Shown piece by piece: positions 38,241 to 50,917 of a stretch of DNA of 64,000 nucleotides. The notes beneath the pieces were generated by a model that saw nothing but the letters and a program-made list of their open reading frames with translations, was not told the DNA's origin and searched no databases. The stretch's first letter is position 1. Every line of letters begins with the position of its first letter. The DNA comes from Mobula hypostoma. Lineage: Eukaryota. The position numbers were made by a program, and so were the translations under genes. The stretch covers positions 109,618,001 to 109,682,000 of the forward strand of contig NC_086107.1 in the NCBI RefSeq assembly GCF_963921235.1, in the 5' to 3' direction.

Positions 38241-41139
38241 TGTATGTACACAGTGACTGGTATGGAGCCTCCAATGCACAGGATCATGAGGATGTTTCAG
38301 AGGGTTTTAAACTCAACCAGCTCCATCATGGACCCATATCAGAATCAGGTTTATCATCACCCACAGATGTGGGGGTGGGGACGGGGGTGGGAGTCGTTGC
38401 CTTGCAGCCGCTTGAGCATGGGACGGGGAGTTGAGGGGGGCTTTGGGGTTCTAATGTTTTAACGGCCATTCATTCTTTGGGGCATCTTTCTGTTTTTGTG
38501 GATGGCTGCAGAGAAAAAGAATTTCAGGCTGTATATTCTACACATTTCTCTGACATTAAATGTACCTATGTGTCATGAAATTAGAGTTTTTTTGTGGTAG
38601 TATAGTACAATTAGATGAGTGGCCAAAGGGTTAAGGTGTTCCTCTAGTGATCTGAAGGTCACTACTTCGAGCCTCAGCTGAGGCAGCATATTTGTGTCCT
38701 TGAGCAAGTCACTTAACCACACATTGCTCTGCGACGACACTGGTGCCAAGCTGTATCAGCCCTAGTGCCCTTCCCTTGGACAACATTGGTGGCGTGGAGA
38801 GGGGAGACTTGCAGCATGGGCAACTGCCGGTCTTCCATACAACCTTGCCCAGGCCTGCGCCCTGGAAACCTTCCAAGGCACAAAGCCATGGTCTACATAA
38901 AATTACTACAGCACTGTGCAAAAGTCTTACACGTCCAGGCTGTAAGACTTTTGCACAGTACTGTATCTGTGACAACAAACCAAATTCTGATTTTGATCAG
39001 GATTGAGAGTGGAGAGGCGAGATGGCCGGTATAAAGGGTGGGGGGGGGGCAGGGGCGGAGTGAGACAGGGGTCAGAGATAATTGGTCAATCGAGGAAGGG
39101 CAGAGGATTATGGACAGGTTGAGTTAGGTGGAGGGATGAAGTTATTAAGTGCAATCGTGAACAATAGCCAGATCAGAAATGCTGATCAACTCAACTAGTT
39201 CCCAAAGAGAACTCTGATAGTCCAATCAGATGGTTCACTGCTGCTCGGTGATAGAACACAAAAAAAATCATATGTACAATTAAGAAACATTAAAAAATAA
39301 TGGCAATACTGGAGTCATGGTGATCATGATGAAGTCTGCTGGAGAGAGACATCTATACACGTGCTGTCCTCCATAATTCAAAGAGATTGAAGGATAAGGT
39401 TGCAGGGTGACGAAACGTGGCAAGAGCACTCGGAACTAAAAACTAATCCCTACCGGGAGAAAACAGCACCTGTTCTTTCTGCTTCTGCCAGAGATCAAGG
39501 CAGGTGGATGTTAGATGGAGACAGAAAGAGAAAAAGAAGCAGATGGAGTGAGCTGGGGAAGAGGGGAGGATGAAGGGGAAAGTCGGCAAGAAGACAAAAG
39601 CTGCTGGCGCTGGAACCTGATCGGTAAGGAAGGTGACATGAGGCGACAGGTGGGGGGGGGGGTGATGAAGTGTGGAAGCTGGGAGGTGATAGGTGGATGG
39701 GCTGAAGCAAGAGGGATCTGATAGGAGAACAACACACACAAAATGCTGGAGAAAATCAGCAGACCAGGCGGCATCTGTGGAAAAAACGTACAGTTGACGT
39801 TTCAGGCCGAGACCCTTCGGATTTCCGGCATCGGCAGATTTTCTCTTGTTTGTGATCTGATTGGAGAGGATAGCAAGAACAGTGAACTTTCTGATTGTGG
39901 GTTACCCCCATGTCCAGACTGTTCTCCCTCCACTCCCTCCTTCCGACTTTTCACCCCTCCGACTTTGTTCCTCTTTCCCATTTCTGGAAGAATGATTCGG
40001 AGGAAGTGGGACTTGCACTGACAGCTGTCTGGGGTATGTGGAGAAGATGAAATTGGGATTGTGAGAGGGGCGTGTCTGCTCCATCATGATAATAAATCTG
40101 TTGTGTCAGGTACAAGAACTTCATTCATTTTTATAGTTGCTGAGACCCTCGTTGAACGTGTACTTCTTTTCCATGGACGCTGCCTGACCTGCCGAGTTCC
40201 TCCAGCATTTTGTACGTGTTGTTCTGGATTCCCAGCATCTGCAGAACGTCTTGTGGCGAGGACTTCCAGTGTTGCTGTCTGGGGTTGAGGAAATATTGAA
40301 ACACTTTTATTAACAGTAAAATGGGTCCTCGTCCATGCTGTGTCTGCCCTGGACTGAGGGAGGAGCAGTGGCGCAATCACCTTTATTCAGGGGTCTGTGG
40401 GAGGAGTCACAGGGGCGGTCAGCAGAGGGGCATGTCCAGACAGGTAACCCAGTTACAACATATATATATGGTTTACCACACCCATTCCTGGCTGCTCTCT
40501 GTAAAAGCCATCTGAAGACATCTTCCATTTCATCTGTAGATTCCAAGCAGGTTATTTGATGCACAAAGCTCCAGAGAACAGAAGCAACATTGTCCCCTAG
40601 GTTGCCAATCTCCCAATTTTTTTTTATAAATGACACCAAGCTGCCATCTCTATCGAAAACGCACAACTAAGTTTGTAGGAATGATTTTGGGGTCAGAGAA
40701 GGGAACTAGAGGTCAGATTAGGATTTGGGAAAGGTGATAGGGGCAGTTAGAGGCCAGTCTTACGCTCCACATCCGAAGGCCAGCAATGTGGATGGGTGGC
40801 AAAGGACGTTCACAATCTAGGCCCCTACTCTGCACTCGACGGGACAGCGGTGTGGACGTAGGAAACAGAGGACATCCGTGGGCTGTCCTAGGTCAGTGGA
40901 AGTCCATTGGAGGAGGCAGCATTAGGGTCAGTTGGTTGGGGTGCTCGGAATTCAATCATGGAATTCGGGATCCCGTCGTCAGCTAGTCCAGCGGTCGAGG
41001 TCGAGGATCAAGGCCTGAAGAATGATCAGGCAATCTGTACCTCCAAAGAGGAGCATTTCCTACTAAAATGTCTGTTTCTCAGAAACCCTGGGAAGAGATA
41101 CAGTGGAAGAAATGTGACCTAAGTGACGTTGACTGAAAA

Positions 41140-41510
41140 TGATCGCTGGTGTTAGATGGGGTAGTTTGAGTATCTCAGAAACTGCTGCTCTCCTGGGATT
41201 TTCACACACAGTCTCTAGAGTTTATAGAGAATAGTGAGAAAAACAAAACAAAAAAAAAATCCAGTGAGTGGCCATTCTGCGGGTGACAATGCCTTGTTGA
41301 TGAGAGAGGTCAGAGGAGAATGGCCAGACTGGTTCAGGCTGACAGGAAGGTGACAGTAACTCAAATAACCACATGTTACAACAGTGGTGTGCAGAACAGC
41401 ATCTCTGAATGCACAACACGTTGAAACTTGAAGTGGATGGGCACAACAGAAGAAGACCACAAACATACACTCGTAGGCATAGGACACATCTCAAAGTGGC
41501 CATTGAGTCT
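41140..41510 (+). mobile_element. Tc1-like fragment (same family as 36162-37022; another at 57590-58051, minus)
   Basis: Colinear transposase N-terminal remnant and right TIR AAAGTGGCCATTGAGT. Confidence 0.7.
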
Positions 41511-41939
41511 AGGTTTAAAGTCATTGGTAGAAAGAAAAATCAGAGGGAAAATGAGGAATCTTATTTTCACCCAGCAGGTGAAGGGTAGTGGAGGCAAAAA
41601 CATTCAATAGATTCAAACAGGTCTTGGGTACAGGCAAACAGCTGTGAGCGGCAAGTTCAAAAATTCAAAAAGTTCTAAGTAAGTTTTATTATCAGAGTAC
41701 ATACATGCCACCACATACAACCCTGAGATTCTTTTTCCTGCGGGAATACTCAGCAAATCTATGAAATAGTAACTATAACAGGATCAATGAAAGATCATCC
41801 AGAGTGCAAAAGGCAACAAACTTTGCAAGTACAACTATAAATAAATAGCAGTAAATAATGAGAACATGAGATAATGAGATAAATCCTTAAAGTGAGATCA
41901 TTGGTCGTGGTAATCTCAATGGATGTGCAAATGAGTGTA

Positions 41940-43750
41940 GTTATCCCCTTTTGTTCAACAGCCTGATGGTTGAGGGGTGGTAACTGTTCTTGAACCTGGT
42001 GGTGTGAGTCCTGAGGCTCTTGTACCTTCTACCTGATGGCAGCAGTGAGAAAAGAGCATGGCCTGGGTGGTGACTATCTCTGATGATGGACGCTGCTTTC
42101 CAACGACAGTGTTTCATGTAGATGTACTCAATGGTTGGGGCAGCTTTACCCATGATGTACTGGGCCAAATCCACTACCTTTTGCAGGATTTTCCATTCAA
42201 AGGGCATTGGTGTTTCCACACCAGCCGGTCAATATACCCTCCACTGCACATCTATACAAGTTTGTCAAAGTTTTAGATGTCATGCCAAATCTCTGCAAAT
42301 TTCTAAGGAAGTAGAGGCACTGCCGTGCTTTCTTCACAATTGTATCTACATGCTGGGTCCAGGACAGGATCCTCTGAAATCGTAACAACCAGGAATTTAA
42401 AGTTACTAACCCTCTCCACCTCTGATCCTGTTATGCAGACTGGCTCACGGACCTCTAGTTTTCCTCTCCTGACATCCACAGTCAGTTCCTTGGCCTTGCT
42501 GACATTGATTGAGAGGTTGCTGATGTGACACCACTCAGCCAGATTTTCCGATCTCCCCACTGTGTGCTGATTCATCACCACCTTTGACAGCGGTGTCATC
42601 AGCAAACTTGACTATGGTATTGGAGCTGTGCTTGGACACGCAGTCACGGGCGAAAAGCAAGTAGAGCAGGGAGCTAGACACACATCCGTGCAGTGCTCCA
42701 TGTAGATGGAGATCATGGAGGAGATGTTGCCAGTCCGAACTTACTGGGGACTGCAAGTGAGGAGATCCGGGATCCGACGGCACAAGGAGGTGTTGAGGCT
42801 AAAGTCTTGGAGTTTATTGATTAGTTTTGAGGGGATAATGGTGAATGCTGAGCTGTAGTTGATAAAGAGCTGTCCAGATGTTCCAGGGTTGAATGAAGAT
42901 GAGACAGCATCTGCCATGGACCTGTTGCTCAGTATGGAGCAGGTCCAAGTCACTTTTCAGGCAGGAGCCGAGATGTTTCGTCACCAGCCTCTCAAATCAC
43001 TTCCTCACTGTGGGTGCAAGATAGCCATTGAGGAGGCCACCGCCCTCTTCCTCAGCACCGTATAACTGAAGCCTGCTTGAAGCAGGTGGGCACCACACAC
43101 TGCCAAAGCGAAAAAGGTTAAAGACGTCAGTGAACACACCAGCCAGTTGGTCAGCACAGGTCTTTAGTACATGTCCGGGTAACCGGTCCGGTCTAGGTGC
43201 TCTCCAAGGATTCACCCTTCTGAAGGCAGCCCCCATGTCAGTATTCAGATACTGAGGTTCTGAGACGTGGGGGTTTGCGATGGTTCCTCCCTGCTCTGAT
43301 GGTCAAAGTGAGCTTCATACCTTCGATGCCCATCTGGATTTGAAGCCCTGCCGTTCCCCCATGTCGCTTGATTTGGTTTTGTAGGAGGTTATAGCACTCA
43401 AACCCTGCCGCAGCCATCGAGCATCCCGCGTTGATTCTGGTTTGGTCCGGAATCTCCACTTTGCCCATGAGTTGGCTTTCCAGAGATCATTCCTGCACCT
43501 CTTGCAGTATTCTTGGTCGCCAGGCTTGAATGCCTCTGATATGGACCTCTCTTCAGACCTCATGGTTCATTCAGGGCTTCTGATTGGGGGAGACTGAATG
43601 ATTTAGTGGGAACACACTCACCTGTAACTGTTCTAATGAAATCTGGAGTATTCGTTCAGATCCACAGATGAGTGCTTGAACACAGCCCAGTCCACTGACT
43701 CAAAGCAAGCCTGTAACCGTTCCTCTGCCTCCCGTGACCACCACTTAGCT
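41940..43750 (-). mobile_element. Decayed Rex1/Babar-like LINE
   Basis: [57 protein letters not shown] across several frames. Confidence 0.8.
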
Positions 43751-44581
43751 GTCCTAATCTATGTCGTGTAGACACTTGGAGCTGGCTAGAGGGATTAGAC
43801 TGGGCAGCTGTTCCCAAACTGGTCCAAGCACTGTGGCCCACGGTGGCCTGTTTCTGCACTGCATGCTTTTTATGATTCTGGTTCTGCGTCATTAGAAGAC
43901 ATGGTGGTGGGTGGAGGAGGAGGAAATGGGTGTGGACAGGAATCGGAGCGGACATCATCCGCTGAGCTGTCCTCCCCTCAAATCTGTACTAAAAAAATCT
44001 TGGCTATCCACCCTGTTTACTTTAGTCCAAGTGTCTGTGACGGGGCACTTCTGAATGGTTAAAAAAATAATGGAAATGGCTCAAGTCCAAAGGGACTTCC
44101 GTCCCTGTGCCAGAGAGTAAACTTCACAGAGAGGTACAGACAATAAAAGGCGGTGTTTATCAGGACTGGGAATTATCCATCAGCAGTGCAGAACTTACTT
44201 AGTCACCCCGGAGCACACCACACCTTAACACCATCGTCAGACAGGAGTGCAGTGTAAATTCACCCAAAAGCACCTCAATTCCACAGATGAAGTTTTGGGA
44301 AGAAGGAACAGCAGTGGGATTGGATTGGATTGCCTGGAATTCTGAAGGTTTGATTGTCAAATTCAAAGTAAACTTGCCGAAAAAGTACATATATATCACA
44401 TAGAGGTTCATTTTATTGCAGGCATTCACAGGAAAAACAAATAAGGAGTTTATGAAAAAAACTATACAGAACAAAGACTGACAAACATCCAATGTGCAAA
44501 AGACAAATTGTACCAATAACAAATAAAAGTATTGATAAATGAGTTGCATTTTCCTTGAAAGTAAGTCGATAGGCTGTGGAG

Positions 44582-46215
44582 TGTTGTGTTTGATATTGAG
44601 GGAGAGTGCAGAGAGACACCCCTGGGGGCCAAAATGCAGGCTATTCAACTGAACTTTATTGATAACACTCTGCTTGTTCAATACGTGAACTCCTCCCATG
44701 TCATCATCGTAGCTTGTCGCACCAGACCGCCAGCCACTCTAGTGTTGTTTGGTTGATGTTGAGCAGGTCAGTGTCAGCTAAATCAGGTGAGGGTGGGCAG
44801 TTGCGCGGAATGTGTTCAATATTCTGCACCCTTTCGCCACACTCACAGGATTCGCTGGTCTATAAACCCCACTTCACCATATTGTCTCCCGTCCTACAAA
44901 CTCCCGCTCTCGCTCCGTTGAGAGTGCACCATTTCCATCTGTCAAGCAGTGCCTCGTCTGGTAACATTTCTGTGGGGTCTTGCACTGTATTGTCTGGTGG
45001 GGTTCTGGCTTCTGTTTATTGCCAGAGGTTGATCCTGTAACGTTTGGGGGGGGTATGTTCCGTGCTGTAGTAAAGCTTTTCCTCGATTTTAGGCGGTTGG
45101 AAACTGGCACATGATGATGTAGTGGGTGCCGTGGATCCGAGTTCTGTTTACCTTTTACAATTTTTGTTGTAGTGTGTCTTCGGATCTCTGGGGGAACAAT
45201 GCTTGCAAGTCTATAAATGATGTTAGTGGGTGTGGGAGCAGCTAAATGAGTGGCCTAGGATTGACCCATTAACTAACACAACGTCTCCCCTTCTTGGGGC
45301 GGGGGGGGGGAATAAACTGAGTATCTACTTCTCATCTATAGACCTGCATTGAAATTATAGTCACTGACATTAGCAATTCAGTTCACTTTACCCGTAAGCA
45401 CGTAACTTGTTGCTCCTTACGTAATCATAAAAGAATTGCCAACATTATAACTGTCTTTCTCTTTTATAAGAAAAACTCTCACTGTCCTTGTATAAAAAAA
45501 TGCCACATTATGACCATCCTTCACACTCTCTCTCTCTGTTTTCCTCCTTTACACACCAATTTCTTTTTTAAGAACAGTCTCATTTTGTGAAACATTTTCA
45601 TCATTAGAACACCTTTTAAAAACAGCACTAAATCTAATGGAGGTCAGGGAGGACTACTGGAACACTCTGGCAAAGTAAGAAGATTATTCTACACCTCTTT
45701 AGTCACTCGTCCTGAGCTATTAGGCTATGGAGTAGGGTGGTGGGACAGATAAACGACCTGATCTGGTATAGGCTCCTGGGAGCGTTGGAGCAGACGAAGA
45801 TTCTGTAACAAGTGTATCCACCTCAGGCAAGTGGTCCTTGTCATAAGGATCAGACCACTATTTCTTTCGCTACCTATCGTGGACCTTGAAGGTGAATGAG
45901 TGTTCTGCCTGACTTCACCTCATGATCTCCTGATCACAAATGACCCACAGTGCAGGTTCCGCTCTATTGTTCCTTTGGTGGATTGGTCTGAAACTCAGAC
46001 ATCGTCACCTCTCCTGGCTGCATGCTGCTTTCCCGTGGCAGCATTCCGTGTAGGTGCGGTCGCTGGTGGGGACGGCGAAGGGGAACAAGGAGAATTTCTC
46101 CACCTCTGTTCTGATCGCACTGTCGGAGACGGGCCTTCATTGCTTCAAGTATTCCAACACGCTTCTGGGATCACTTCGTCCTTCTACAGTTGAAGTCGTT
46201 CAAAGTCACGGTGCC
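44582..46215 (-). mobile_element. Gypsy 3' remnant: integrase C-terminus, PPT and a ~700-bp LTR (44582-45283)
   Basis: LTR with inverted ends TGTTGTGTT/AACACAAC(G) and an internal AATAAA. PPT AAGAAGGGGAGA lies immediately before it. Decayed GD.V..GT..SF.I and YTRSGRLSVPP integrase-end motifs. Confidence 0.6.
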
Positions 46216-46784
46216 CCCCGAACCTAACTCACCATTGCCTGTAAGGAATTTGTACGTCCCGTTGACTGTGAGAGTTTCCTCCCACATTCCAAAAACGTAC
46301 AGTTAGAGTTAGCGAGTTGTGGGCATACTGTGTTGTCGCCAGAACTGTGCCCCCCCCCCCAGTGCATCCTTGGACTCTGTTGGCCATTTACGCTCACGAT
46401 GCATTTCTCTGTATGTTTCAAAGTACATTTGACAAACAAAAAGGTAATTTTTTTGCTATTCTTTGAATCTTTAACTAAAACCAAGTCTCATTCAGCCAGC
46501 ACCATTATGTTCACACATATACACATACCCATCACCTAGGACTTTACACAGCACTGTAGTAATTTTATATATATTGCACTGCACTGTTGCAAAATTAAAA
46601 TCATGACATATGTGAGTGATGATAAACCCAGAGTCTGATATGGGTCTCTACTGTCGACTGAGAGTGGGAAGGGGGCAGGGAGAATCATGGCTGGGAAAAG
46701 GGGGAGGGAAAGGGAAGCACCAGAGAGACATTCTGTAATGATCAATAAATCAATTGTGCAAACATCTTAGGCACCCTGGTTATA

Positions 46785-47248
46785 TACGAAGGATGATTGA
46801 TAAGTTCGTGGCCTAAGGTAGACGGAGTCAATTTTAGAAAACTAGCACATTTATTTTTCAACATAGTCCCCTCCTACATTTACACACTTAGTCCAGCAGT
46901 CGTGGAGCATACGGATCTTGGACCTCCAGAAAGTGTCCACAGCAGGGGTGATTGATAAGTTTGTGGCCTAAGGTAGAAAGAGATGAGTTACTAACTTCAA
47001 ACTTCCTGCATTTTCACTCAGAGTGAAACTGCACTTCCATGTAACCAGAGCTGTATAACTCATCTCCTTCTACCATAGGCCATGAACTTATCAATCACCC
47101 CTGCTGTGGACACTTTCTGGAGGTCCAAGATCCGTATGCTCCACGACCGCTGGACTAAGTGTGTAAATGTAGGAGAAATAAATGTGCTAGGTTTTCTAAA
47201 ATTGACTCCTTCTACCTTAGACCACGAACTTATCAATCACCCCTGGTA
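46785..47248. mobile_element. Palindromic mariner-derived MITE
   Basis: ~200-bp inverted arms and TA TSD. The left arm (minus strand) encodes the mariner C-terminus IRMLHDCWTKCVNVGGDYVEK*; the right arm has IRMLHDRWTKCVNVG followed by a short deletion. Confidence 0.88.
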
Positions 47249-47269
47249 TAGTACTCTGCAAAGCACAGA

Positions 47270-47720
47270 CACAGACAGTTAGGGTGCCTAAGACTTTTGC
47301 ACAGAACTGCATTTGTCAATGTGGAGCAGAGAGCGAGTCTGTAAGTCTGGCGGGAGCAAAGGATGTTGGGGAATGGAGAGGGAGAGCATGGCACAGGTGG
47401 CAGAGGAGTGCCAGGTTGCAACACGCCCAGCCCTGAGACACCAGGCAAGGTCATTTGATTCCAAACAATTGGTTTATTGATCACTACAGAATGTAAATGG
47501 TGCCTCCCGCTCCCTCCTTCTTTCCCCTCTCCCTGGACCTTTCCCACTCTCAGTCCACAACAGAGACCAAAATCAAAATCAGGTCTATCATCACTCTTGT
47601 TTGTCATGAAAATTTTGTGTTAGCAGAACAGTGCAATACATAAAATTACTACAGTACTGTGCAAAAGTCTTAGGCACCCTAGCTATATACACACGTGCTT
47701 AAGACTTTTACACAGTACTG
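47270..47720 (-). mobile_element. Reverse copy of the composite Tc1-like MITE (forward partial copy 46536-46784)
   Basis: Reverse complement of 32663-33203, including the hairpin at 47651-47720. Confidence 0.75.
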
Positions 47721-48959
47721 TACAGAAACAGGACCTCCAGCCAGGTGACTCCAACTTCAGGGAATCTTGTAGTTATTATACAAGACAGGCGTCCCCAGCC
47801 ATTGTTAATACTCTTCAGAGGCAGCCCGCATGATGTCAGTGATCGCATAGCCAGCACCAGCTGCTCCCATCGCTTCACTTGACCCTGATCAAGGGTGGGG
47901 TGGGGTGGATGCTAAGCGGGTACTACACCTTGCCCAAGGGTGACCCGCAGGCTAGCGGAGGGAAGGAGCGCCTTACACCTGCTTTGGTAGAGATGCATCT
48001 CCACCCCACCACCCAATCTTGCACTTATCTGAATTAAACTCCATTTGCCATTCCTTGGCCCACTTAGCTGAAAAAGATTCCCCCCTACACACTAATTTTT
48101 GCTAACTGCTTTCATTGTCCCCAATAATCACCTATTATAGTGTCAGCTGCAAACTTACTAACCAATCCTTTTGCTTTCAAATCCCTCTCTTTCGCCAGCC
48201 TTACAACACTGCTGTCTCTACACCTCACATTTGTCCACTTGCCCCACCCCACTGTCTCTCTCCTGGCACACACACAAAATGCTGGAACTCAGCAGACCAA
48301 GCAGCATCTACGGAACAGGGTAAACTGTCAACGTTTCTGGCCAAGACCTTCCTCCAGTACGATCTCCAGCATCTGCAGATTTCCTCATGTCTGTGTGTCT
48401 CCCCTGGTACTTAGCGGTTTTGAGGGCATTCAAGGCATATATATAACCAAACGAAACAACGTTCCTTTGGACCACGGTGCACCCACACAACACATATCAC
48501 ACACAGCACATAAACCAAAATATTATGCTATAAACAAGTCAATAAAATGCAATTCAAAATGCATGAAGCAAAACGCAGCAAAGCTAAATGGTAAACAGCC
48601 CACAGTCTCCATGATGAGACCTCAGCGGTGTATTCATTAGTCTCACCACCTGAGGGAAGAAGCTGTAACCCAGCTTCAAGGGCTGTGATCACATCAGAAC
48701 AATTGCCTGTTTCCTTCCTGCCAGGTCCTGGATTCGCTACCGCCGGTGATCAGTGGAATGACGGCGGCCTCATCCGCAAACTTCATTAGCTTAACTGATG
48801 TATCACTGGAGATGCAGTCATTGGTGTATAGAGAAAATAGAGGGGTGGGAGAGGAGAGCCGAAACTCCGACCAGCCATTCCCCTCGTACGCCTCCTGATG
48901 CTACCATCTGCCGCTTTCAACTCCCGTGCCCTACATTGCTGCCTTTAATTCAGTTATTG

Positions 48960-49596
48960 AATTCTGAATGCTCCTTGAGGTGGTTATAGCTGGGGCAGGT
49001 AGTGGGGACAAGCTCCCACAACCTATTAAAGGCTCCCAATGGCATGCATCTCAAATAGCCTCTGACAACCAAGTCCAGCTCCTGACCATCACATGTGGCT
49101 TAGCTACGAAGCCCGGCGGAACCATTTCTACTGACAGGAGAAGGGGCAAAGGCAGGTTATTGGCGCTTTAAAACCTGTCACTTCGGGCAGATGGGGCTCA
49201 TCAGCCGTGGTTGGCAGCTCATCTAGCAGAGGGAAAGTTAAGCCACACGTGATGGTCAGGAGCTGGACTTGGTTGTCAGGGGCTATTTGAGATGCATGCC
49301 ATTGGGACCATTTAATAGGTAGTGGGAGCTTGTCCCCACTACCACCCCTGGCCATAACTACCTTAAGGAACATTCTGATCTCAAACCTCCGCTACTTTGC
49401 ATCTATACACACTCATGGGAAAAGTCCACGGCAGGAGTCCCCCAGGGCAGTCTAGCGTTGAGTTCAACGCTGACTGGCAACTCCTGCGATGCTGCTGGTG
49501 CCAAACGGTATTGGTCTCCGCCGTTCCTTTGGAATTCGTCAGATGTGTGGAGAGGGCAAATTTTGCTGCATGAGCAACAACCTGCTCTCCATATCG
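48960..49596 (+). mobile_element. RTE-related non-autonomous retroposon with an internal inverted duplication; resumes at about 53929-54008
   Basis: 48960-49103 and 49239-49379 are inverted copies. The element appears to be split by the CR1 insertion. Confidence 0.55.
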
Positions 49597-49892
49597 GAGA
49601 AGGAAGTCTGAGAATCGGAGCCAGAGTGCGGCGGGAGCCATTTTGATTTTTCTTATCATTGGAGTTCAGAGGGGTGGGACTGCGCAGGCGTGTAACATCG
49701 GGCAGTGAAATGCGGAAGATTTAAAAGGAACAGAGCCTTATACAGCGGGCAGCGTCAGTTTGCAGGCAGCGGAGTGAGCTGGGAGCAGAGTGAAGACTTA
49801 AGGGCTTTGGCTCAATGGGCTTCGGCGGAAACAGGCGAGACAAAGTAGGTTTGGTTTTCAATTTTTCCTGTTATTTGAGGAAAGGGGGAAGT

Positions 49893-50827
49893 ATGAGTGT
49901 GAGGGCAGCTTGCTGTTCTCGGTGTCAGATGTGGGAAGCCCTGGAGTCTCCTAGTCTCCTGTACGTCCACATTTGCGCCAGGTGCGCCAAGCTGCAGCTC
50001 CTAAGGGACCGCGTTAGGGAACTGGAGCTGCAGCTCGATGACTTTCGTCTGGTCAGGGAGAGTGAGGAGTTGATAGAGAGGAGTTACAGGCAGGTGGTCA
50101 CACCGGGGCCACAGGAGGCAGACAAGTGGGTCACGGCTAGGAAGGGGAAGAGGAAGTGTCGGGTACTAGAGTAGCTGTGTAGCTGTGCCCCTTGACAATA
50201 AGTACTCCTGTTTGAGTACTGTTGGGGGGGGACAGCTAACCTGGGGGAAGCAACAGTGGCCATGCCTCCAGCACAGAGTCCGGCCCTGTAGCTCAGAAGG
50301 GTAGGGAAAGGAAGAGGAGGGCAGTAGTAATAGGGGACTGGGTAGTTAAGGGGTCAGATAGGTGATTCTGTGGACGCAGTCCAGAGACCCGAATGGTAGT
50401 TTGCCTCCCTGGTGCCAGGGTCCGGGATGTTTCTGATCGCATTCAAGATATCCTGAAGTGGGAGGGTGAGGAGCCAGAGGTTGTGGTACATATAGGTACC
50501 AATGACATAGGTAGTAAAAGGGAAGAGGTCCTGAAAGGAGAATATAGGGAGTTAGGAAGGGAGTTGAGAAAAAGGACTGCAAAGGTAGTAATCTCAGGAT
50601 TACTGCCTGTGCCACACGACAGTGAGAGTAGGAATACAATGAGGTGGAGGATAAATGCGCGGCTGAGGGATTGGAGCAGGAGGCAGGGATTCAAGTTTCT
50701 GGATCATTGGGACCGCTTTTGGCGCAGGTGTGACCTGTACAAAAAGGACAGGTTGCACTTGAATCCTAGGGGGACCAATATCCTGGCGGGGAGATTTGCA
50801 AAGGCTACTGGGGAGACTTTAAACTAG
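49893..50827 (+). pseudogene. CR1 ORF1: zinc finger + leucine zipper + SGNH/GDSL esterase, disrupted
   Basis: CCSRCQMW..HICARC, LRDRVRELELQL, CLPGA, VVHIGTND, DRLHLN. Stop and frameshift near 50174. Confidence 0.85.
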
Positions 50828-50917
50828 AATGGTTGGGGGGGGGCAGGTGGGAATCAAATTGAAGAGACTAGGAGAGAGGAGGTTAGTTGACAAATAGAGA
50901 AAGCCAGTAGACAGTGT

